NCBI GenBank assembly: GCA_965113315.1
Contig: OZ220363.1
Direction: 5' to 3' (one strand)
From: Podarcis vaucheri
Taxonomy: Eukaryota
Length of the DNA: 64,000 nucleotides
Shown here: in pieces, positions 24,600 through 38,000 of the stretch
Numbering within the stretch: position 1 is the first letter of the stretch
How the letters are laid out: each line of letters starts with the position of its first letter
Translations under genes and position numbers: made by a program
The notes under the pieces: generated by a model
Databases searched by the model: none
The model's input: the letters and a program-made list of their open reading frames with translations, nothing else
What the model was told of the DNA's origin: nothing

Positions 24600-25400
24600 A
24601 GAACAAGACCAGCAACACCCCCCTCCCCATCCTCGTTACCTCGGGATAGGGCGGGAGAGGAGGAGCAGGAGGTGGGGAGGGGGGCGAAGGGCGCAACCGC
24701 TCCAACCCGGAGCCTCCCAGCCTACATGGCCATTTCTGCAAACGGCTCTCCGAGGCAGCAACCGACGCTCGCCCCCTGAAGCAACGGCAGCGGGAGACCC
24801 CCCCCTCCCCCGGCTGCTCTCATTGACCTCCACCGGCAGCCACCCAGCAGAATAAGCCCCGCCCCTTACCTGTGCCAGCAACGCGGAGAAAGCGGTTTCG
24901 GCTTCGGCGTGGAAGGAAGCAAGGAGCGAGCGTGCCTTCCTCTGCCCTCCTTCCCTCCTTCTTCACGGAGGCGGCGGCGGCGGCGGCGCTCCGTTGCCAG
25001 GGCGGCGAGCGGAAATCCCTGGCCTGCGATTGGCCGATTCGTGAGGTTCGGCAGCGCCCAGGTGAGCGTCGGGCCGAGGAGGGCGTTCCACCTGAGCGGC
25101 TCACCTGGGCAGCCCAGGTAAGGCGCGCGCGCGCAGCCCCTCCTTCCGCTCCTCCAACGGAAGGCCCCAAGCCCACGTGCCCCTGGCGGGCGCGAGAAGC
25201 ACGGAGGCCCCGGAATGATCCTCCTCCTCCTCCGCTGCCCTCTATGGCTTTTGGACGCCCGGAGGCTCTGCCGCCCGGACGCTGCCGTCGTTTCCACCTC
25301 TTCTGCGCTCCTTGGCGACTCTTTACTGGGGTTCCTGCGAAGCTTATTTCCGAGGGGCAGAGGAGGGGTGTGTGTGTGTGTGCTTGAGCAATGGAAACTC
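24600..25400 (-). promoter_or_regulatory. GALNT3: GALNT3 CpG-island promoter and non-coding exon 1
   Basis: CpG-dense; CCAAT on - strand at 25029-25033; (GCC)n at ~24969-24988; minus-strand donors CAG|GTAAGG (exon end 24870) and GAG|GTAACG (24640). Confidence 0.8.
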
Positions 25401-26771
25401 CAGAGCAGAATTAATTCAGCAAACTGATACAGGGATGGATGAGCTCCTGCGGCGTTCGTTGCAACCGTGGAGGCAGTAAAAGGAAGGGGAATTGCATGGC
25501 CCTTGCTATGTGTTTTTAAGGCCCGATTGGAAAAATGAGGGAAAATGGAAAAGCAAAAGTTCGCTGGCAAATTTAGGGTAATATATCGGTGTGGCTGTGA
25601 TATATGAATGGGAGAAAGAGATGGAGTGTTCAATATGATCATTATAGAAGCATTTTCTCAGCATTTTCAGTATGTGTCTAGATTCCACCTGGGACTCTTT
25701 GCACAATTTTCAGCCAACCTAAAGAGATTTTTTAGAAATGGGGAACGGGGCAAGAGGTCGGGGGCTTTAACGAAAAGAACAGGGACATCCTAACAATGCC
25801 TCTGCAGGCATCACTCGGTCCTTGAATCTAGAAGACACAATAATAGAATTTTGCACAGGTGTCGCCACAAAGATTTTGTAAAATCTACATTTTATTGCTG
25901 GAGATGTCAGACACTCAGTGCTCAAAAATACATATGTAGTAGCTACAAATAGTGTAAAGGAAAATGGAAAACTGAATGTTTCGGGAATGACAGGGAACTG
26001 TTTTAACAGTGAAAATTGACAGGATGCTCTGAGATTGAAACAAGTATGAATTGTAGAGTGTTATTGTTGCTTGCTTGAGTAATTTATAAAGAAAGATATA
26101 TATTTAGTTTGGCATCATGCATTTTATTTTCAAATTACACTGAAAAAAGTAATGTTGACCAGATGCTGCAATATTTTAAGAAGTATTTACATTACTGTAT
26201 TTCAGTTCTTTCCATAGGAAATATGAATCGTCTCCTTTTTAACAGCATAAAGTAGATTTCACAGTTCTGTGTTCTTGTAAGGTGGCTGGGAAGAAATCTC
26301 ACATTTCCCCTCATTTTTATCCAGGTTGACTAGTTCAGTTATGACGTATTATTAATGATAAGAATAAGATCCGTTTGCTTTTCTAAGATTTTACATAAAG
26401 AGGCTGAAGACTAGAAATTTTAAGCCTACGCCCTTTTTCCCTTCAGGAAAAGCTGATGCATGAAGGGTCAATTCCGAGGACATGTGGGAGCAGTGGTTGT
26501 TTACCCCTACCTCATTAACAGCTGCTTTCCCTTCAACTAGGCTTTATGTCATGAACTGTGTGACTTTTTAGCCAACACCACTGCATGGTATGAGTTAAAA
26601 TGTAAATTAATCTAGCACCATAAAAAGGAAAGTTGTTAATGTCTTAATCTCACTTGTGTTTTTTGCTCAAATGAACAATCAAATGCATACTTGGGGAACA
26701 AGCCCCATTGACAATAGTAGACTTATTTCTGAGTAAACACGCAGAGTTGTTCTGTTATACAACACTCTGTA

Positions 26772-27140
26772 GGGACGTGGGTGGCACTGTGGTCTAAACC
26801 ACAGAGCCTCTTGGGCTTGCCAATCAGAAGGTCAGCAGTTCAAATCCCTGCAACGGGGTAAGCTCCTGTTGCTCTGTCCCATCTCCTGCCAACCTAGCAT
26901 TTCGAAAGGACGCCAATGCAAGTAGATAAATAGGTACCGCTGCAGCGGGAAGGTAAACGGCATTTCCGTGCGCTGCTCTGGTTTCCATCACAGTGTTCCA
27001 TTGCACCAGAAGCGGTTTAGTCATGCTGGTCCCATGACCCAGAAAGCTGTGTGGCCTGAAAGCAAGATGAGCGCCGTAACCCCATCGTTGCCTTTGACTG
27101 GACTTAACCGTCCAGGGGTACTTTACCTTCACCTTTACTT
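26772..27140 (+). mobile_element. Sauria SINE
   Basis: Full-length head to (ACCTTT)n tail; degenerate TSD acaacactctgta/acaatactctaca. Confidence 0.85.
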
Positions 27141-28195
27141 AAACAATACTCTACAGCAGCTTTTTGCTCTTGTTGATCTGTGCTGCATGATACTGTGTAT
27201 GTTTGCTCTGAAGTACCACTGAATTCATGTAAATATGCATGGAACTGCAAAGCCCTTTTTCTTGTTACTTTCATCCTATTTCTTCCACCTCCATTTCTTC
27301 TGTACAATCAATACTTTCCAGCATCTTCAAGACAAATGGAAAACCTAAATAATTATCAATTTGCCAAAGCAATGTAGTGCTGTTTCATAGGCAAGTGTGT
27401 AAATTGATGGTTTTTGTTTTTTATTGATATTTAACCCCTGATATTTAATCCCAGAACTGTACTGTATCATGCTAACATAAGAGAGTAGGAACACAGGAAG
27501 TTACCTTATGCAATGTCAAACCATTGGTCCATCTAACTCAGTGCAATGACTGGCAGTGGTTCTCCAGAGATTCAGACCAGGGACTTTCTTGAACCTGGGA
27601 TCCTTTGCAGGTCAATCAAATGCTTTACCACAGAGCCATAGCTCAGGTGCAAGAGGACAAGGATCATGCACCTTTAGAGCTGAATAGAAGAGAGAATTGT
27701 AGCAGGCATAACAAGCAACACTGCTAAAATCTTCTCTTCTACACAACTATCAAAGGTGCAGGAGCCCTGCCCCCTTTCGTACCTGTGGCTACCCTGCAAT
27801 AATGATTTTTGTTGCCACACATCTCTCACTGAAGTCAGTGGCAAAACTTCCACTGCTAGATTGCATCTCAAACTGCTGCATAAAATATTTTTGGAAAAAA
27901 TATTTGTGGTTTCACTTTAGAAAATGTGCATCCCACTATCTATCCCACTATTTTGAAATACTAAATGCAATGCTTAAGGGTTTCATTTTTCAGCTACCTA
28001 GTGTAGGGGTTGCTTGTGTTTAGATTTGAAAGGTATAAAATTGATCATTTTGGTTTCTCTTGCTACTATGATCATAAAGACACAATTTGACTGAGAACCT
28101 ATTCCTTGAAACTATAGGACACAAAACATTTCAAGCATACTGTATGATAACAAAGAGCTTATATAAAGAGCTTGCTATAGTTGTATGTATAGGTA

Positions 28196-28548
28196 CAGTG
28201 GTGCCTCGCAAGGCGAAATTAATTTGTTCCGCTAGTTTCTTCGTCTAGCGAATTTTTCGTCTTGCGAAGCACGGTGTCGGAAAAGTTTTGGAAAAGCTTC
28301 AAAAATCACCAAAAACCTCAAAAAAGCTACCACACCACGTTCTATGAGTTGCTCCTCGAAGTCAAGTCGCAACTGTATTAACGGTGTTAAGAAAAAGGAA
28401 ACAAACTTGCAAAAAACGCAAGACGTTTTCGTCTTGCGAAGCAAGCCCATAGGGAAATTCGTCTTGCGAAGCAGCTCAAAAACCACAAAACCCTTTCGTC
28501 TAGCGAGTTTTTCGTCTTGCGAGGCATTTGTCTTGCGGGGCACCACTG
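28196..28548. mobile_element. Tc1/pogo-type MITE, CAGTGGTGCC TIR
   Basis: TA|CAGTGGTGCCTCGCAAG ... CTTGCGGGGCACCACTG|TA; internal TTCGTCTTGCGA repeats. Confidence 0.85.
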
Positions 28549-28948
28549 TATCCATAGCTATATATACTGTATATGCTGCTATAGGAAGCTTAAATCTCCA
28601 GTGTAAGAGAGCAGTAGAAAATGCAGACACACTCCCTTCTTCCTCCTTCAAAGGCAGAGAATATGAGTTGCTAGGCAACACCATACTGAACACTGGACTC
28701 CTTTTTCATTAACATAACTGAACTGACCTCTCTCTTTCTCTCTCTCGTCCTTTCAATTCAAAGGCCATGTATTAGAAAGGAGGCTTAAGTTATAAAATGA
28801 TGCTTAAAATATTGTTAAAAGCTCAAATGCAGTCTTCCCACTTAACGGTGAGAAAAAAGTAGGGTCACCCATAGAAAAATGTCACTCTATTATCCTGAAT
28901 TCAGGAGGGCAGATGGCTCACGTGAACCCAAACAATTGGGGTGCGGTG

Positions 28949-29092
28949 CATGGATGTAGCCAAAGGGGCAGCTGCCCCCCATCAAGTAAACAAATAAAAA
29001 TACTCAGCTGACCAACTGCATTGCAGATAACTCGGTTCTGCCCTCCCATAAAGCCTCCCCCCCCCTTAAAATAATGCCTGGCTACGCCCATG
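28949..29092. mobile_element. hAT-type MITE
   Basis: TIR CATGGATGTAGCCA / TGGCTACGCCCATG; 8-bp TSD gtgcggtg/gtggggtg. Confidence 0.65.
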
Positions 29093-29756
29093 GTGGGGTG
29101 GGGTGGAGAATGCAGAGGAAAAGAATAGGAAAAGTTATTGGATGAGAATGTATCAGAACACAGAATCTTCCAAACAAACAAATTTTAGGCAAACTGGCAA
29201 TCCAAGGCATGCGATCAACCTTTATGCGTTGTTGATGATGGTCTTCTACATCAGTGACCAACTTGGGTGAAAACATGTTGTTCAAAAAATAGGCCATGGC
29301 GGCTCCTGAGAATTAGCCTGCTGACCCAGCTGTATTGGAATTGACTGTAATGCATCTAGATGTGACCCTGACAGCACTTAGCGGAAGTGTGCCAGCTTCC
29401 TGATACTCCTGACATAGCTGCTAGCCTGTGACTTACAACCCCCTCAGCAAAAGCTGGGAGGCATCAGTTGTAATCCCTTGGATGTTCGCCTCAAGCCCTG
29501 GGGCCATTCCCTTCTGTTGGAAGGACATACCTGTGTATACTGCACAGCTTATCCTGCACTCACCTCTCCCCCCAAACTAGCCTGATGCCCTCAGGTGTAG
29601 AAATGGAAGATATCCCATCACCAGTGTTGAAGATTCAACTGCCACTCCATTAAGGTCTCTGTATGGGCAATAGGGAAGGTGTGTCATTGCCTTGTCTCAG
29701 GCAGGCTTCTGTCTGGGGGCCAGCTGATAACACCCTCAGAACAGGTTGTTTTACTT

Positions 29757-29892
29757 CAGGCATAGGCAAACTCGGCCCTCCAGATGTTTTGGGACTACAA
29801 CTCCCATCATCCCTAGCTAATAGGACCTGTGGTCACGGATGATGGGAATTGTAGTCCTAAAACATCTGGAGGGCCGAGTTTGCCTATGCCTA
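29757..29892. mobile_element. Palindromic hAT-type MITE
   Basis: Same family as 5953; TSD ttttactt/ttttactg. Confidence 0.85.
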
Positions 29893-30660
29893 TTTTACTG
29901 CCTTTCTTTACTTAGAAGGCTTGGGAACTGATAGCCTCTGTGACATGGAAGGCCCGGGTGAGCTACAGCAGGAGAAAAGAGGTTCCAAAACAGGCAATTG
30001 TATAAATGAAAACCACCCTAACACAGAGGCTCTCTGTGACGAGTCCAGAAACAGAGAACAGAGCTATGATGTTTCAAACAAAAGGCGGCCTTCAAATTAA
30101 TAGCTTTGGTAGCTGAAAATGGAGTTTTAAACAAACAGATCCAAATATAATCTCCAAAGATAAATACGGGCAACTCTATGTAGCGCAACAAGTCAATTTG
30201 CTTTTCACTTAAAAGCCATTTCTATGTTTAGCTCCGGTAAGAACAAAGTGAAAAAGTAGCAGCAATCAGAACTCAGTAATGACTGTGGTGGTAGTTTCAT
30301 ATCTGAATCAGAGGATGTGGATACCACAGCATACCAGGGGGCCGGGGAGGAGGAACCTTCAATCAACTGCAAGAACTATAACAATGAAATCTTAACATCA
30401 GTCTTGAAGTGGAAATCAAGTTTAAGGTGGATGGTAGTGGCAGAAGTTCATAATACGACCCATACCCTCTTGTGAAAAAACCCTGTTAGTTTAAACTGTG
30501 TTTTAATGGTTGTTGTGTAACACATTCTGTCATTTCCAGTGTAATGCAGAACAAAAACAAACCAATAACCCCTCTCTCCACCTTCCCTGGCCCACCTTTA
30601 TTTAACTATTGCTCCCAGATCATGGGATATGGTACATAAAGACAGATTTGAAGAAATATA

Positions 30661-30666
30661 TTTATT
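30661..30666 (-). terminator. Candidate TTC21B polyadenylation signal
   Basis: AATAAA on - strand ~1.35 kb downstream of the stop codon, at the end of an AU-rich UTR-like stretch. Confidence 0.45.
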
Positions 30667-32016
30667 TTATGTAAGACATTTATACATTCTTTTCGAATTA
30701 GTAATTCAGTACAGTTTACATGAAAAATACCAAAATTCATAAAACAATGCAAATCATATGATAAAAGCATATGTAAATATAGTGTTTACAAAAGGTGAGG
30801 CATATCTCTGTCCACTTGAATTATGGCCTACATGCTATATTGCAGGCACTGAAACAAGCCTCTCAGAAAAAGCCATGGGAATTCTTTGAGGCTACATAGA
30901 CAATAATCACTCGATGAAAGACAGTTTTACACAATAATCCAAATAATGAATTATACAAATGAAGTAAAATACGTTGTCATTTCTACTAGAAGTTCTAGTA
31001 ATAATACTACTTTGGAGCTTTAAGCATGGAGGACAACTAGATCTTCAATCAAAGTGTTTCAAACTGTGAGAACCCTGGTTTGCTAAAGTTTTTAAATTGG
31101 TCTGTCCCTGATTTTACTGCTTTATCTGCCAAGAGGTGCTTTGTTGTAATTTGTATTTTTAATTCTTTTATATTGTATTTTAAAATCATTTTAATGAATT
31201 ATAAAATAATAATAATTGCAGAGTAGCATGCAAATACCGTTAGCTAATAAATAAATGTGGTAGAATGAAATTCAAATTCCTCCCGTTCAGTAGGATAGCC
31301 TATGGGGATGGGACATCGTTTCAGCTTAACCCACCTTGCCAAATGGTTGTGGCTGAACATCTTGAAAGAATGGCAAGCTGCGTATGTAATCAGTAAATAT
31401 ATCCTTAGGGAACTACTGGCACCTTGCGCAATTATGTAATGATTTCTGTAGTATATAATAGCAAAATAAATTGGTCATTGGTAAAATAAACTGGGGTAGG
31501 GGAAGGGATTTTTTCGAGTTTTGGTCTACTTGATCTAGGATTCCATCTGGGAAAACGTTTTGCAAAAATAAAACAGTTAGACGTGTGAGACACAAATAAA
31601 GCATTCTCGCAGTCTTTCCCCCCGCTGCCCCCCGATTATACACCATTTCAAAAGCATGGCCGTACTCCAAATAAATCACCTTTACGAGGGTGATGTTCGA
31701 AGGCCAGCAAAGGAGGGTGCAGCTGGGAACTCTCTCTGTCACAGAGCAACTTTCAAAGGACGTTCCAGCTGTGGCTGTTGTTCCCTTACACCAAAGTGAT
31801 TTATTTGGACTGTAGCCAATACCTACAGGTGGGTAGTAACAGACACTGATTATCTTTTAAATTTGCTGAACTCTCTATGTGCTAAAAAAGTACTCTCCAC
31901 TTTTTTTCAGTGGGAACTGACTGAGCATGTAGCATCACAAACTACACAGATAGTTTTACAGACCTTTCTCTGTTTGCCCCCCCCTCCCCATTTAAGATAA
32001 ATACATACAATATTAT

Positions 32017-32094
32017 TCAAGTTCTTAATGCTACGCGTGCCTTATCAAGTATTTCCTTTCTGATCTTGGGGTAGTTTGGGTGCTGTTCTAAAAC
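32017..32094 (-). CDS. TTC21B: TTC21B exon 29
   Basis: caacag|[25 protein letters not shown] (TGA 32019-32017). Confidence 0.95.
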   Translation of the reverse strand, partial: VLEQHPNYPKIRKEILDKARVALRT

Positions 32095-35000
32095 CTGTTG
32101 AAAGAAAATATATTCATAGTAAGCAGTAAAGTTATTACTTTATTATTGTTATTTATTAAATTTGTATATCTCCCTATACCTGCAAGTCTCAGGGCGGTTT
32201 ACAACATGTAGACACATAAAATCTCACTGTAAATTAAAACAAGTAGTTGACTATTCTACTGTGAGATATCTAAAGCTATTTCACTGCAGCAGACGTCAAT
32301 ACTGTCATTAACGAGAACTATACTACAATGTTTTCCCCTTTTCATAGAACCCACAAGCAAAGAAACATGTTTGTAAAAAAAGTTTACCTTATGACAAACA
32401 TTGATTGCATCAATGTATCTCTTGGCTTTCAGGTAATTAAATGCCAACTTGAAACCTGTAAAAAATCAGAGGTTAATGCAAAAGTAGCATTCTCTTTTCA
32501 TGTAATCCTAGGATTTTACAAGGGGAGCTGAGAGCTTGTGGATACCTGCTGCAGCCCCTTTTTTTGAACAAGGTTCCTTTAGCAGGAAGAATGGCATAGG
32601 CATTTAATAAATATGTAATAATAATTAATAATAAATTTAAAAACCTACTAACCACAGAGAGTTTGGCCAGAGAGCTGGAGTGGATCTCCCCAGTCTTGGC
32701 TGCAAAGAATCACCTCGGTTTTCAATTGCGATTACATGTGTGATCTTTGCTGTCTATTTTGTTGTTTCTCCGGCTTGTCAGCCGCCTTGTGTATAGTAGT
32801 ATAGAAAGGCGTTATATGAATTAAAAGTGAAGTGAAAATGAAATGAAGTTGCTAAGGGTGAACCTACCAATTGTTGGATTTGTTTGGTTTCCATATTTCC
32901 AGGCCATCTCGTAGTTTGCAGCTGCATCCTTATATGCTTGTTCTTTCTCCATTATGTATCCCATATATTCATAAGCTTTGCAACAAGACTAAAAAAGAAT
33001 TTAAAAAAGAGAGAAATCTCTGTCAGCAAGTCTTAAAATTGCAGAGCCTGTTGACCCACTGAATTGTAAGCTGAAGTGCTGTTGGCCCTCAATGGCACCG
33101 CACAGAAGGTCATAAATCACTGCCCTCACCACTGTCAGCCAGTTCAAGGAATGCCGGCCTCATTTTGCCTGCTTTCCATAAAATTAGTTTCATTAATTAA
33201 AAGACTCCAGGGGTAGGAAAACATGAACAGAACAGATACAGCATTACTTCTGGCCTGTCCGTTACCCTGTTGTGACGAAGGCACCGTTTTAACAGGTCAC
33301 TAGCCATATCGTATTTTGAAGACTGAATGAAAATGTCGGCGAGGAGAAGCCAACTTTTTTCAAACTCTTCTGCGTCAACGGGATTCCAGTTCATCTTTGA
33401 AATGCGCTTCAACTGGTTTCTGGCTCGCTGGGTTTGTTTTAAGATCATGTAAGCCGTGGCCATTCCCAAAAGGGCTGGGATGTGATCTTTCTGCAAAAAA
33501 GACCAATATGATGCAAGTCAGAAGACAGAGAACCCAGTATAAATGTCAGCATTCTCAAAAGGACAGTGCTTGGCACTGACAGCGGCTGGTTATTCTAGGT
33601 TAGCACTTGGGCTGGTTGAAAAAAATAATAATCGCAACCCCAAAAATGCCTTTCTAAAGCCACAATGTGATTAATTCAATAAAACTTCATACAAGCGGAT
33701 ATCTTGCATGAAAGAAAAACAGTGGCAGTAAGAAACTTGCAAACTTGGGGGGTGGGTGGGTGGAGAGATTCCCAGCATTCCTTACTAATGTTTATTATTC
33801 TGTTACAAACACCTCTGAAAAGAATCATTTTTTACCTAGTACAACTACACTCTGAAAAATGATATTTAATATTGTCAGTTTGCATTTCTTAGAGCAGAAA
33901 GTATTGATCTTGTGTGTAAAGATTCTTTTCCATTTGGATTAATACAGGAGGCTACTAGAGGCTTCTCTGTGTGAGAGAAGGAGAGGCAGAAGGGTTAATG
34001 ATTGTTTGGGTTATAACTTCTGGGAAGCTGCTTTGAAATAGTTCTCTTATCTCTTCCAATTAAGGTAATGCTGACTATAAATATAGACCAGAAGAACCCT
34101 GAGTTTTACTTTTCTCTTTCTATCTCTCTCCCTTCTAGTGTGGTGTTTCTGTTTCTGTATAGTGTTCAGGTTCAGTCTTATTATGAGTTAGGTTTGTAAG
34201 TGCTGCAACTCTGTATGCAAGTCCTGATTGTATTGGATTTGATAACCATTACACTACATTTGCCTTCAGCAGAAGTAAAGCTCTGCGGAATGAAGTACTA
34301 TTGCCTCTGGTCTATTTTTTGGAACTCTGCTGAACTCTGCAACATATTTAAGGTTTTCCTACACATGTATGACACACGTATGACAAATATAATCTACTAT
34401 TAAAGCAATGGGCAGTGCATGGAATACATTTATTTGTAGGTATGAGGTTCCTACATGTGTATAATACACCTGTGTTCAACTGAACAGACACTATAAACAA
34501 CCCACCTCATCAACCACAATTTCTGTAAAGGCATTTAGCGCTCGCTCAACATTTGACTTTTGTTTGGTTGCCACAAGGCAGTAATTTTCCATGATGCGGA
34601 GCTGCACATGGCCTTGAGCTGTCTGGGGCTTCAGTTCTTTTAAGAGCTTCTCTGCTGTTCTCACAGCCAGCTGCACAGACTCTTGCTTCTCTGTTGCGCT
34701 ACTTCATACATACATGCATAAAAGAAACAGCATCAGTTCTTGTGTATCAGAAACTCTGCTTTCCATTACTCAATCAGGATTTTGAAAATAGCTAGAATGA
34801 GCCCTAGAAAGCCGGCTGACAATATCACGCAAGTTTAGCCTTTAGGAGGCTTTAATTATATATCTGTCATCAACTTTTATCCATGATGCATTTTTATAGA
34901 AATCAGTAAAAAATAAAATAAAATCTGGTTCCCATCATTTCCCCGCTTGAATTCAACCCGTCACTCACTGCTGGCACCCAAAAAGAATTTGTAGAGACTC

Positions 35001-38000
35001 TTCCATGTGCCAGCCAAGACACACGAAAACAAAACACTGCACTAAAATACTAGGAGTTCTAAAAATCTCATTGCCACTCACTTTGCGTCACCGTCCAGGT
35101 GTTCAAACACTTCACCTCCCACTGTTTCATTGTCAGGGTTCAAGCAGATTTCAATCATATTATAAACAGCATTTTGTCCCCAGTCATTGTCTTTCCTCGC
35201 TTTGTTAAAATGTCGAAGCGCATCATTTGGTTCGCCTGTGTACCTAAACAGGAAATCACACTTGCATGAATTGAAACACAAGGAAACTGGGAAAATGATG
35301 CTGGCAGGCAGCTGTATTTGGAAAGGGAGAGTCCAAGGAGAAAGAAACGAGGGAGCAGAGAGCCAAGGAGTTGCAAAGCAGGAGTAGAGAAGTGGATCTG
35401 GCTGGTGGGCAGGATCCAAAACTCCCGTGCCCCAAGAGCCACCACCTGTCAACCACTTGTCATCACATGACACCAAGTGACTCAATTTCAAAAGGAAGAA
35501 TTTTCAAGCTGTAATTTGTTTTTTGACTTTGGCACATTTACAGGGCCACAAGGAAAAGGCGGCAAATTCAAAAGACCCTGAATAGGACCAGAAGCAGAAA
35601 AAGGAGAACTGGGATCACCCTCTAAGTGCACTCTTGAATCTTCCATTTAAGTTTGACCCCACAAGTTTACCTGTCCTGTGTGTGACATCATAAGATGTCA
35701 GCAGATAGATAGGTGGGACTTTGTTTGGGCCAAACTATCATTAATCCTGCAGAGTGGAAATTCTCCCATCACTGTTGTAAAGGTAGGAAGGACAAAGAAA
35801 ACAAGTAAACTGAAAGAACCAGACATTAACACTATTTGAATTTGCTTGGCTGGCGTGTCATGAAAGCAAAGGAAACCAACCCTTTCTCACTGACACTATA
35901 CTAGTGATTTTCTAGCCACACCTACCAAAGATACAATCCTTTGCAATAGTGAAAACCTGGGTCCAGTTTTGTCCTGGGGGAATGTTTCTCAGCCATGGCA
36001 ATAAATCTTGGAACTTCTTCTAGCTTTCCAGCTCTTCTTAACAGGTCAATTAAACGTGATAGCGTTGCATAATTATCTGTTAATGTAAGCATTCCGGGCA
36101 TTACAGAAAGCAAGCACATTGTGAAAATGAAGCACAAGAAAGAAGCCAAAAAATCTAAGAGTGTTAAGTAAAACCAGAACTATGTTTGATAGGCAGAAGG
36201 GAGATGCTTCTGTCACACTCTGCAGGCAGCTGACGGAATCCACCCACTCTTCTAGCATGGTGGAAAGGGAGCCTGGTGGAAAGGGAGCCTGCATTGCTCT
36301 GCCATCAACGTGTAGCTTTAGCATAAAGATTTGTTAAAAGGGAGCCATGAAAAGATCTGATGCTCACCTGGGCTGCGTTCCAAAAGCTGCTGGAAATGAA
36401 ACACCGCTTGTTCATAGTCTTGTTTCCTGAACATGAGGTCAGCCATCATCTACAAGCACAAAGCAGAGATGCTAAGGAAACAGAAGGCAACACAAAACCT
36501 TCTCCGCAGCAATTTTATCCTGCAAAATCAGCCTATACCAAAGTGCGAAACTCAAATGGGCTAGAGGCTAAAATCTTCTTCACACACCAAATGCCCAGGG
36601 GCCACACCCACAGCTGTTAAAGAACAAAAATCAACCAGCTTCAATGGTTCCTTGGGATCTGCATTGGGAGCAGGGATTTTTTAAATTTTATTTTGTTCGT
36701 AAGTGATCTGGAGTCAGGGTGAGCTGTGGGATGGCCAAGTTTGCTGATGATGCCAAATGGTTCAGGGTAGCAAATACAAAAAGGGATTGTGAAGAGCACA
36801 AAAAGGAACTCCCAAAGTTGGGTGAACGGGCATTAAGATGGCAAACATGATTCCAGGTAATAAGTGACTGTAAAAATTCATGGTATATGCTAATAGGATC
36901 TGAACTAGCAGTGGCTGACCAGAAGAGAACTCAGGCTCATGGCAGGTAGTTCCATAAAAATGTCATTTATGTAGAGAACGGCAGAGTTGCTATGAACCAC
37001 ATTAAGGCTCCGCAATTGTTTGACAGCCCTTGCTTCTGCATATCTCTTTCTCTCATAGGTTTCTCTCCATTTTCAGAGGTTAATGGGTGCACATTTAGTC
37101 TGTACCCCTCTGTTTACGGACAGGCAATGAGGCCAAGGAGCAGGGCCATTTCTGTAGTGGCTCCTATGCTCTCAAACACCTGGCCAAGGGAGACTTACCA
37201 TGGAATCTTTCTATATAAAACTTTAGTTGGCTTGGGAAAAACCATTTGTATCAAAAAGCTTTTGCGTGTTAATGCCTGTCAACTGTCAGCATTTGAGTTT
37301 AGCAAATTGCTGGTGTTTTTTGTACTAAATGTTAAAAGTTTTTTTTTTTAAATAATTTTGTTAGATTCTCTTTTGACATTACACTGGAAACTTGGTTTTC
37401 AAGCATCTCAGAAGTCGAACGTTTCGGCTTTCGAACGCTGAAAACCCGGAGGTAACTACTTGGGTTTTCGAATATTTTGGAAGTCGAACAGTCTTCCGGA
37501 GCGGATTACGTTTGAAAACCGAGGTTCCACTGTAGTTCTTACCATCAGTACATTGCTCTGAGTGCATATTTCAATAGAAAAAAGCTGCTCATGCAAGAGA
37601 GGTGTCCCTTTATCGTTTTTCTTAAAACCTAAAATAATGTCATTAAATAGTCATCCTACAGAGAGCATGTGTATAACTGACCATGGCAGCTGGCGCATTA
37701 TCTGGATCACTCTTCAGCAACAGAGCACACTGGCGCTGGCATGCATCCACATCATCGTGTGCAAGGTACAAACGGGCTAGTTCTAGCATCACCTGAGGAT
37801 TAAAATATAAATAGAAGCTCTTCGCTAATTTCTCATTCTATTTACAACATGCAACCCAACCACCACACCTCTTAAGCAAGGCTGGAGGGGAAAGGGTTCC
37901 TCTTGGTACTCACTGACCTTGTTGTCCGTTTCACAATGAACAAGAGCTTCTTTGTAGAATTTAATTGCTTTCTCATAGTTCCGCTGGGCCGCTGAATGCT

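Noticed and set aside
24636-25642. Cluster of overlapping 70-258-aa ORFs
   Set aside because: Low-complexity R/A/P/G-rich frames expected in a CpG island; no domain-like content
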